A stretch of DNA of 64,000 nucleotides, taken from positions 1-64,000 of the forward strand of contig NGBS01001166.1 in NCBI GenBank assembly GCA_002245135.1, read 5' to 3'. Positions within the stretch are counted from its first letter, which is position 1, and each line of letters begins with the position of its first letter. The notes under the pieces were generated by a model. It worked only from the letters and a program-made list of their open reading frames with translations. It did no database searches and was not told where the DNA came from. Source of the DNA: Proteromonas lacertae. Lineage: Eukaryota. The position numbers and the translations under genes are program-made. Below are positions 53,333 to 64,000 of the stretch, one piece after another.

Positions 53333-54653
53333 TTACATAAACTTTGGATCAATATCAGATAATTCAACAGTTGATTGACTACCGCAATTATTATCATCTA
53401 TTATAAACGATGAGTATATATAACTTATACTTTCATAGCATGGAGATATTCCTTTGAAATAATCAACATACCAAGAGAATTTATGGCATTTCAGCTTCTC
53501 TTTCAGCATCAATGGTTCTATCATCAAAATATAAAAGCAGAAATATACTTGAAATATCACCAATATCAATGCTTCCTCTTTCAATATGTCTTTCTTTATA
53601 GAATATATCAATATATTCTTCACCTAACCACACTTCAGCAGATCTTGCAGCATTCCTCAACACAGCAGAACCATCAACTTGATAAGGGAATTTTGTTCTG
53701 AAGGCATGAGCTATATAACATTTTGGTGCAACAACAATTCTTCCACCACATAACCATGTTCTTAGTGATATATCAATATTTTCACCACCCCATTGATTCA
53801 TTCCTTCATCCATTCCTTCTATTTCTGTCCACCATTGCTTTGACATAAAGAACTCACCCATTGTTCCAGCACTTTCTAAACTTCCATCTCTTTTTCCACT
53901 ACCCCATTTATGTTGAAATGACCAATATAAACCAGCAGAACTTCCCACACCCATCACTGCTTTTTGAAATTCAAAATTTGTTGCATTTAGACTAAATACT
54001 ACTGGATTTACTACTGTTCTATAATTCTATTAATTATTATTATTAATTATTTCTATACTTCTTTCATTAATTGATAAGGTTGATCTAACCATCCTTCAGC
54101 TACTTTAATATGAGCATCCATGATTGCTATATAATCACCTTTGGCTTCATTACCACCTTTATTTCTAGCTTGAATTAATCCAGTTCTATTTTCTAAATGT
54201 ATATTTTAAAGTAAGATTTTATAAATACCATTTCTCACTATTCTAACTAACTGGATGATCATATGTTACTGGAATTGAAGAACCATCATCAATAATCAAT
54301 ATTTCACCTAGCAACTCTTTAGATGAATTGACTAATATTGAGTGAATAGTTGGAGTTAATAATGGTTCATTGAAATCAACTAGTACAATTGAAAACTTAT
54401 TATCAAACCAATGTCTTTTATCTATTCATAGTTTGAGATGATTATTTAAAAAAAGTATTATTACCTTCTCTTAGTTTATATGGTTGGCACCTTCTTATCT
54501 GAATCAAAAACAATAGCACCTGCTGGATAGTTGGCGTTTAATTTTGCAAGTGCCTGACATACATTCAAAACAAACAGGATTATAGCTACACTTAACTATT
54601 TCTTTGTATAAAGTAAATAATAATACTAAAATCGCATTAAATGGGCCTGTCAT
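53333..54653 (-). CDS. Polypeptide GalNAc-transferase-like (GT27), copy B, no ricin domain (+1 frameshifts near 54251 and 54485)
   Basis: EILIIDDGS, GLIQARNKG, MDAH, WGGENIDISLRTWLCGG, RNAARSAEVW, LKCHKFSWY. Confidence 0.85.
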
Positions 54654-54814
54654 TATATTTATCACTAAAAAACAAAAGGGATCTATCTATCTTCGCAGTG
54701 AATCTCATAATTCTTAATTAATGAAACGAATAAAATTTTGAAACTTTTTAAATCTATTTTCTTTTATAACTTATCATCTCCTTATATTTAATCTAATCTA
54801 ACAGGTTATAATTA

Positions 54815-56751
54815 ATGGAACCATCACCTAATTTTGATTATGCGATTAAGGAACTTTCAAGCCTTAATATTGAATTAAGGCAGAAAGCAGCTAATTTGAA
54901 GAAGAAAGAAAAGAATTTTCTGCAGATTACAGAGCAATGGAAAGAGTATATAGATAATTATTTAAAAAGTGAAACGATTCAAATGGAGGATCAAATCAAA
55001 ATAGTATAATTAAACTTACATTTGAAATAGTTAATGAATCCAATGCAAAATAAAATAAATCAACTGATGTCCAGACTTAATGCTCAAAGATCTTTATTAG
55101 CAACAGTGTCATCACTTAAAATGCATGTAGAAGAGTTAAGAGTATATAATGAAAATAAAGATAATGAAATTGATAATCTAAAATCACAAATTAAAACATT
55201 AACTCAAACAAATAAATCACTGAATAAAAAGCTAGAAATACAGAAATGGAAGCAAGAAAAAGCAGCAGCAGAATTTGCAGGACAGATGCAACAGTATATA
55301 TTTAATTATATTGATATTAAAAATAGAATGAAAAAAACTCCATCATCATCATCTTCTTCTTCTTCATTTAGAACAAATAAAAAGAAAATATCATCTTCTT
55401 CATCATTATCTCAATCACAAACACATTCTTATAGATTAATAGAAGGTTTATTATACTGTATAAAACCAGAAAAGGTATAAGCTATACTGTTATTATATAT
55501 ATATATAGTTATCAATTAATAATTACTTGTCTTTACCATCATTACTTCCATCATTAACATACTATCTACCACATGTATTTACTCAAACAAAATCATTTCA
55601 AATTGTTTTTTGCAAATTTCTTTATTATTACATATATTATATGAATATGAAAGATAAATTAAATCACATGCATGTTCAGAAATTCCTTGATACAATGTAT
55701 ATTATTAATATTAATGATATTATCAATAGTTTTTCATCTCCAACTCCTTTAGAAGATGATAAATCTCCTTCTATTATTGTCTATTGTTTGATGGTTTGTA
55801 TTTTGTCCAAAGATTATACTCAATTAAATACAGTGTTGAGTATTATCCAAGCCAAGTTAATTGATAATGATTATAAAGATATATTCAATAAATATAATGG
55901 AATAAATGTATAGAATTACATATTTATATGTAATATTTATATAGATAATCATTCCATTAATCACATCCAATAATAAAAGTGTTAATCATAATATTTTAAC
56001 AATCATATTGTTATTTGCACAAGAACAAGTTCCAACATCATCTATCAATAATAATAATAATAATAACACTTATAAAATTAATCAAATAAATATTTCATTC
56101 TATAATATAATTTGTTCAGAACAATTTTTTAATATTTGTGTAGAAGTATATAATAGTAATAGCAATAAATATACAATTGATACTGAAGAAGTATTGGCAT
56201 TGTGTTTACAGAGATTATCATCAAGTCCATTATATTTAAACAAGCTAAAAGATGAATTATATCTTATAAACAGTACAAAATTGAGATTGAAGAATTTAAA
56301 TGGAGATATTTCAGATTTTTTAAAGTTGAATTTACAGAGTTTTATTGAGAATATAACAAATTATCAAACCATAGTAAAAACTAAAGAAAATGAAGAAAAA
56401 GAAAATGAAGAGGAAGAAATAAATAGTTCACAATCGTTATTACAATCACCAAATACTTCTAAATCAGTTGAATATGTTCCGTACACTCCATCTAGGAATA
56501 TATATCCTTCTCCAAAACCAATCAGTCCATTACCTTCAACTCCAAGTCCAACGCTAGAGAAGGTGCAGTCATTATTAGATACTGTTAGACAGATGAGAAC
56601 ACAGATGACTCCGCCTAGAGATGAAAGTGTGAAGGATATTGGTAAGATTGAGGAAGATGAGGAGGAAAATGATAAGAGCAATATAGATGTTGGGATTATG
56701 AATGGTGAGACTGATCCTGAAGATGATGATGAAGAAGATAATTTAGAGTGA
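54815..56751 (+). CDS. CCDC138-like coiled-coil protein (4 introns)
   Basis: N-terminal coiled coil, helical middle (LLPSL), C-terminal LQRLS...DFLKLNLQSFIENI resembling the CCDC138 end motif, acidic tail. Confidence 0.5.
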
Positions 56752-56927
56752 TTTTCATTAGTCATATTTTATTTATTTGTATAAATTTTTTTAAAAATAT
56801 GTTAAACTAGTAATAGACGACATATGCTACATTCAATAATTATGGATATCCTTTCATTTCTTACACAATCCTGTAAAAATAGCTCAAGCTAAAAATTCAT
56901 TTTCGTTGATTTTCAAAATAGATAAAA

Positions 56928-59913
56928 ATGCAAGTCGTAAAAGATGGAATATCGGATGTTGGGTATTTAAGACTGGGTATTATCTATGAATAGATTGTCG
57001 AGGATTTTAGTAAATAAGGGAAAGTCTGACGTTACTTTCTTAATTGAGAAAGAGTTTATAAAAAGTGTAGGAGATATATTAACTTCAATGAATCCTTATT
57101 TCGAAACTATCATTCAAGACTGTTCAATTAATAATGTTGTAACATTTCCCATTTACATAACTAAAGCTAGTTTTTTCGAGTTAGAAAAATACTATAGTGG
57201 TGGTATAATCAAAATTACATTCAATAATGTGTATGAACTTCTTGAAATATGTAATTTTGTTAAAGATGATAATCTATTAGGAATATGTTCAAAGTATAAC
57301 TTTTAATGTGTTATAGTATATACAGATATATTGAAAATAAAATAACAAGTGAAACATATGTAGAAGTACTAAACAATTTCACCTCTCTTCAATTACAAAC
57401 AAAACAAAAACTAAAAATACTTAATGATGGTCTTCAAACATTTTTTTCAGAAAATATAAGATTAATTCAGAAGAATTTCCTTTCTTTCACTCCTCAATCT
57501 ATCATTTATATTTTTCAAATTCCAACTATTAAATTACCTCCTGAATCTCATATGATTCATCTATTAATATCATACTTTATAAACTCTAAAACAGATCGTA
57601 TAATATATATATATATATATTATTTATGGATAGATACTAAAATAAAGAATTATAAAGTAAGATTATTACAATGTTTTGCCAACTATTACCCATATTGTAG
57701 TTTTCGACTGTTATCAATTAGAAATACAGATTTTAGAGATGTAATTATGTTGAAATTATACAGAATTAAAGAAAAAGTAGCAGAATTAAATGATGAAGAT
57801 AAGAAAATATTGCAGAATATAAACATTAATAAAGAAATAGAAAAATATACTAGTTGTGGAGTATCAAGTCTTTATATTACACTTATATTGATCATTGTCT
57901 TATATGAAATGAAACAAATGAAACCTCAATGTATAAATATTATTATTATTATTATATTAATTAATAGCTGCGCCTATAAATGATGCATATTTAAACTGTT
58001 TATATGAAGTATATAAGAATAAAGAAACAACAAATGTGTTGAAAAACTCAATTGCGAAACTTTTATCAATTCATATTATATATGGAGAAAAGAATAGTTT
58101 TTATGAAATAATAAATAAATTTAATTCAGATGAATTCTTATATAGATTACTGTTATTTAGTCAAGTATTAGATAGTAACTTTATTCAGTTAATAATTGAT
58201 CGTATATCATTTTATAATGAAAATTTAATAAAATCAATAAGTATGGATAATCTAAAAATCAGTGAAGAAATTATAAATGAAATAAATAGAACAAAACAAG
58301 TGATTAATGTGGAAGAAGAAGATGCAGTCACAGAGACAGACTCTTCTGATGATTCTGTTAAAGCTGTATCATCAGATGAAGAAAGAATTGTCTTAAATAA
58401 ACCAGCGATAATGAAGTTAAAAGAGAAAAAAGAAAGAAGAAGAAAAACAAGAAGATCAAGAAGAAAAATAGAAACAGAAAGTCATGTTCAGAAATTCTTA
58501 AAGATTGATACTGCTTCAAATTCATCATATGATTCTGATTTTGTTTATACACCTAGAGATAATGGAATTGAAGAAGATAATAAGAATAATCTGTTTTCTA
58601 CACAATTACAATCACATCAAAATCCACTACAACAGCAGTCAAAACCACAACCAATACAATCTCAACAGAAAATAGAAGATAGAGATGTTAAACCATTATC
58701 AGCACAAGAAAAACAACAACAACAACAACAACAACCATTAAAACAGAAACTACCAGTAAAACAATCAATGGAAAAAGAAAATGAAAGCTTTCAATTACAA
58801 AAAATACAACCACAACAACAAAAACAAGAAATCCAATCAGAAGAGAAACAACAGACAATAGAAGAGGAAGTGAAACAAGATGGAGATGATAAAAAAGAAA
58901 AGGAAAAAGAAATAATGCAAATTAAAAGTGAAATGAAGGTGGAAGTATCACCGCAATCAATTATTCCACCACCTGAAGTGCAAGAAATAACAGATGAAAT
59001 AAAAAATGTAAATCTTCTCTTAAAACATATATATAACTTATTGAAAGATGAGAAGGAATTAAAAGCAGTGTTTGATATTGAAAAAGATTCAGATAATGAT
59101 AATTTTCTTCTTTTACCTGATATTTACAGAAAAATGAATAATTTCTGTTATACATCATACGATCAATATTTTTCAGATTTATTAGATTTATATAAATATA
59201 TTACTTTTAAGAAATGTGATAAAACGAACAGCGATAGTATAAAATATATATATCAACATTCAATCGAAGTTGTAGATATGTATAAAGATCAACCTACTGT
59301 ATTTCAACATCCAGAACAACAACAACAAGATAATACATCATCATCATCACTAGCTACAAAAAGGAACAAAAGTGAGGAAATGAAAGTAAATATAAAACCT
59401 GAAGACTATCCCATTAAACTTGAATCAGATGAATATACTGTGTCAGTTGTATCTGGATCAATAGTCAAAAGAAAAAGAGAAGAACCTAAAGATCAATTAA
59501 ATAACATTTTCTATTCTGTTCTATCACAAGTAATAGTCAATAACAAACAACAATTGTTGGATGTCTTGCATGAACCTGATTTATCAATTTATCCTTTATT
59601 TCCACTTGTTGTTAAAAATCCTATTTATATCAGCACAATTAAAGAAAGAATAGAAAAAAGATTCTACACAAGAAGTGATCGTTTTTATCATGATTTTATT
59701 AAGTTGGAAGGAGTGTATTTGTTTTTTTCTAAATCAAACAAAGCTGAAGATGAATTTAATGAAATTTACACCGAGTTAAAAAATATTTTGGATGAACATG
59801 AGGAAATAAAAGATTTAGAACAAATAATAAATAATGGTGTTGTTTTAGAAGCTCCACAAAAACATGCCAAATTGAATGATTCTGTTGATTCTCAAGAATC
59901 AGATAAACCTTGA
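56928..59913 (+). CDS. BTB/BACK protein with two degenerate bromodomain-like regions (4 introns)
   Basis: SDVTF...IL...PYF...YYSGGIIKIT.NNV.ELL (BTB); LPDIYRKMNNFCYTSYDQYFSDL and EPDLSIYP...VKNPIYISTIKERIEKRFY...FYHDF (bromo-like). Confidence 0.65.
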
Positions 59914-60031
59914 TAGGTATTCATCCTCATATAAATATATTATAAAAAGAACATATAATTTAAAAAAAAGCAAAGTAAATTAAAAATATCTATAATTATC
60001 TTAGTCTGTTTTTGTCTATAATCGGTTTATT

Positions 60032-61522
60032 TCATACTACATCTATTCTAGCATATTTTTCTTCAAAATAACATGTAGAAATATCCCAATTTTGTTTAAC
60101 TAAGCAATTCTTATAATCATCAATATATGCTTTCATTAAAGTATAAGTAATATCATAAATAGAACTAAAATATCCAATTTCATTTAAATAATGGTATATA
60201 TACAACACTTGTAAAAAAGATCTCATTTCATCTTCGCTATTTGCATTTCTTTGAAGAAGAACATGAACTGAATACTTCTGTCTATTTTCATCATCATTAT
60301 GAATTGATATCAAGTATCTCTCCCCTTTCAATAACTTATGAATACTTTCAAATTCAGATTTTTTATTATTCTTAAAAACTATATCAAATGATTCTCCATA
60401 ATGTATTTGTATATTGTCTTCATTAAAAATAGATAAGAATGATGGATATAGTCTATTAACCTCTTGTGGGGAATATATTATATGTTCTTTCACATATCTT
60501 AATGAAGATTGAATTCCTCTCTGTATATCTAAAGTGTTTAAAGTAACATATTTCAATGATTTATAACAACAATATAAACTAAGTGGAATTAATGCTAATG
60601 CTGGTAATAAAACACTTAATTGATTATATAATAATATTCCTGAAGCAGCTACACCTAATGAAGTACCAATAACATTACCACATACTATCTGAGAACTGCA
60701 TTTTGCAGTTAAATCAGCTAAGTTTCCTTTTAATGCAAATGATTTTAGTATAACTGTTCTTGAAGCACTAGTTGACATCCATGATATATTCTTCAACATA
60801 TTTGCTAAAGCAGCAATTGGAATAAATAATAGACCATAATAGGGTGAAAATATCTCTAATACAGTTCCAGCAGCTAATGATAACAGTGATATAAAAGACC
60901 ACAATTTGGGATTACTATCAAATTTTGTATTTATTGAATTGACATATAATATTCCTCCTAAATCTCCTAATCCGTCTTTTATTATCCAATTTAGACCAGC
61001 TGCCATTGGAATAGAACCAGCACCTAAACCTATTGCATATAGAAGTGATTGAGTTGCAACAATCCCTGTTGTTGTTGAGAGCATTGATGCGGCTGTGGAG
61101 TATGTAACGTATTGGTAGTATCTAAATAATAATAAAATGATATGATTAATACCCTTTAGCAACGGATTTTTGATGATTTGTGGGTAGAAAGTATGAGATT
61201 AGATTTGGAATGATTTTGGTAGGCAGCTAATTATAATAAACAATAATATAAGTAATACAAATCTTGAAAGTGGATTAGTGTGTATTTTTGTAACATCTTG
61301 GGATTTAACAGAGAAATTCTGTTCTTTATTATTTCCTAGATATTGTTTTATTATATATGAGTTGCTTCTATCGACAGCATTCATCGTTATCTTTGGTGAC
61401 ACATCAGATAGTGAAAACTTCACTGCACACAGTGTTGAATGGACATGTGAAGGGTTCCTAGTCGGTAAATGACTAGCACTTTTATTAACTAAGGCTTTGA
61501 ATGATGCTAACTTCGAATACAT
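60032..61522 (-). CDS. RUS1: RUS1/RUSF1 (DUF647) family protein (2 introns)
   Basis: FLP...SV..GY..Y, TQSLLYAIG, NWIIKDG.G, FDSNPK.W, ASR...SFA..GNLADLTAK, TL..QR. Confidence 0.9.
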
Positions 61523-61727
61523 GATAATAACAAATAAAATTGTTTGGCGGGTTTTTCTAAAACACGCTTTTATTTGAAAGTTTGAAAGAAGCTATAGAGA
61601 TTCATCAATTTTAATATCTTTTTATTAAATAGTTCATTGGTAAATGTTATATACCATAAATTCTTACAAATCCTTAAATATGAAGTATTAACTTAAAAAA
61701 AATATTATCTTAAAACTAACTATGCTA

Positions 61728-62587
61728 TTAATTAGACCATAATCTTTCCAAAGCATCATATATTAACACCATCATATCTTGAGGAGGTAATAAAACCTGT
61801 AATTGATCTGAAGGAAAATGTTCGTTCTTCAGTTTAATCATTCCATTTATATCTATAAGGCATAAAGTATGTATAATTATATTAAAAATCATACTAGCAT
61901 CATTTAGTCCTAAAATTACTCTAGAAACAGTAAGTCGTAATGTATCAACTGAAGCAATATATGAATTATTTACTTTTCTGTATAACAGTTTCACATTCTT
62001 CTCAATTTCTTCTATTAATAATACAATATTGATAATTGCTGTAAATTTTTCAAAATCAATTTGATTTTTTAAGGAATTATTGAAAAACTATTACGAATAT
62101 AATTTCAAAAAACATATACATTAAGTAATTTACTATTAATTGCTGGATAGCATTTAATACAAAGTTGTGAGAGTAGTTTAATGCAATTAATACGAGAAAT
62201 GCAATCATCATCTGTGTAATAGATTATAGAGGAATATACCTGGACTGGATTTTAAAATATCAAAAGAAAGACTGAGATTTTCAAGATACATCTTAAATAA
62301 TATATATTAAACATATGATACATTTCCATCCCTTGGACAAAGTCGAATATAACGTAATGATCTGAATATAGTTGTACTTGGCATTGACATTTGTGAAAAA
62401 CTAGATAATAATATTTGAAAATAATACTATTCAGCTGCAAATTCTATTGCATTCTCTGGACGATTTTCAAGCAATAAAAGTAAGCAATCTTTCAGATATT
62501 TATTGACTCCACTTTTATCTATTATCATAAGTCGATAGTATATATACTAAGATAATCATTATTTGTTCTTGTTGAATCACTACTCAT
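61728..62587 (-). CDS. TPGS1: Tubulin polyglutamylase complex subunit 1-like (~6 introns)
   Basis: Spliced: DYLNKSGVNKYLKDCLLLLLENRPENAIEFAAEYF (D/D-like)...RSLRYIRL...YLENLSLSFDIL...LLSQLC...IDFEKF, which follows the TPGS1 pattern. Confidence 0.7.
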
Positions 62588-62748
62588 CTTGCTGCGAAAA
62601 TTAGAAATTTGAAAAAATAAGAAGGTTTATGGTTTTCTGGTCATTTTTTCAATTTAATTTTATTCCTGATAGAAAAAACAAATCAAAGAAATATTTACAG
62701 AAGAGTAAATAATAATAATATATAAATACACTAACCTTTAAAGAAAAA

Positions 62749-64000
62749 TTAAAACATACTCCAACCACCAGTTAATGCTCTCCTTTTCCTTATTAAACCT
62801 ATTTCTTCTGGAGTAAATCGCAAAACTGTAGCAATAGCATTTTCCATATGCAATCTAACATCATTCTCACCAGCACTCATATACTGAATTATTAGGTTCT
62901 TTAAATACTCTTCTTGTGTTTTTGCTAATGATAGTGGAGATGTAGTAGGTTTACCATCACCACCCTTCAACAGATCTACCTGTCTTTCCAAAAATGATAT
63001 TTTTTCATCATATTCTGATTTCATTTTCATTGATTTTCTTTTGTATTCATTAAACTCTGCTTCTAATCTCATAAAATTATCTTTCTCTCTAGCTTCTTGA
63101 ATAGTATCAGATACTTGATGTTTTTGAACCTCTTTATTGGCTTGATTATATTGAGTTCTCCATTGAGCAGCATCAGCTCGTAGTTTTGTAATAATTTGTT
63201 TTTGTTCACACACCAAATTTTCAAATTCATCTTTCTCATTCTCCAATTCTTGCACTTTTCTCTTTAACTGCTCATTTTTGTCTTTTAATATTGCAAATTT
63301 CTTCTCTGCTTCTTCTAATTCATGTTCTGTAGTTTGTTTTGATATTTCATGTACTTTTATATCAAGTGTAGTATTCTTTAACTATTATAGCAGAGAGAAT
63401 GATTATAATTTATACAGTTTCTAGTGTATTTGCCTTTTGTCTCAAATCCATTTCTGATTTTACCCTGTATTGTCTAAAATCTTCATTTAGTTTATCATAT
63501 TGATCTTGTAAATCTAATAACTTTTTATTCTATTGAAAAATATTAATAAAACGAAGAAAAGAATATAAATACTATTTTTTCAACATCTTTTGGTGATAAT
63601 GAATATGTTGGTAGTTGTAATTGCACATCAGAACCTGTTACTAAATCTACTAAATCTTCTTCTTTGATCCATTGACAAGGTCTGTTAATATCATCGTCAT
63701 CTTCATCATCACTGAATTCTGAAATAACCTTTTGTGTTTGGCACATCTTACATCGTGTGTTATCATTAATATTTACAAATGAACATTGAGCACACTTCCA
63801 TGTCTCACTATCACTGAAAAATTCTACCAAACACCATGTCTGGCCATTTTGATTTATTCTATGATACACTTTGGATGGGACACGAGAGTCTAGTAAATAT
63901 TATACATATCAATTCTTACCTGGTATTTCTACATCACCTGTGAATTTCTGTTTCATTTGTCTCAATTCTTCCTTTTGTGACTATTGAATCAAAATATAAT
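62749..64000 (-). CDS. GRIP-domain golgin with RanBP2-type zinc finger (5' end outside window)
   Basis: C-terminal EYLKNLIIQYM...AIATVLRFTPEE (GRIP), coiled coil, WKCAQCSFVN....RCKMCQT (RanBP2 finger). Confidence 0.8.

Noticed and set aside
12605..54490. Euplotes-style programmed +1 frameshifting at stop codons
   Set aside because: No common motif, and shifting at the stop would destroy conserved residues (DWE; RxAEVW).
1..64000. Alternative genetic code or stop-codon readthrough to explain fragmented ORFs
   Set aside because: Almost all breaks resolve with short introns, and TAA, TAG and TGA all end conserved proteins at sensible positions.
1..64000. Stop codons created by polyadenylation
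   Set aside because: Every complete gene I reconstructed has a genomic stop codon.
1..64000. tRNA, rRNA, CRISPR arrays, transposase or reverse transcriptase genes, telomeric repeats
   Set aside because: None recognisable by eye. Small ncRNAs cannot be excluded without covariance searches.

Overview
AT-rich, very gene-dense eukaryotic nuclear DNA, not prokaryotic. About 36 genes and 2 pseudogenes, most broken by tiny (~26-53 nt) GTAT...TAG introns, so the ORF track fragments them; I rebuilt the gene models by hand. Two tubular-mastigoneme (Sig/Ocm/Mas-type EGF) genes point to a stramenopile. Tiny introns, BTB/He_PIG/SPRY genes and TGTTTGTT-like downstream elements resemble the Blastocystis/Proteromonas lineage (inference). 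Radial-spoke RSPH4/6, TPGS1-like, LRRCC1/VFL1-like and CCDC138-like genes imply flagella and centrioles. Housekeeping genes include EngB, a divergent eS17, RPA3, RPC34, Sec24, Slu7, ataxin-2, NAA30, NAA40, CK2alpha, USP, two GalNAc-Ts, RUS1 and a GRIP golgin. Main highlights: (1) three minor-spliceosome-type introns with a variant ATATCTTTTT donor, two AT-AC of 53 nt and one apparently AT-AA that its tandem paralog lacks; (2) a three-copy pseudokinase-LRR family; (3) an intronless Cys-rich family with intact, frameshifted and decayed copies; (4) a standalone toxin-tip-like domain; (5) a TPP1/Est3-like OB protein; (6) recurring promoter motifs in tiny bidirectional promoters. Seven single-base frameshifts are probably assembly errors. 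All family assignments come from motif recognition, not database searches.
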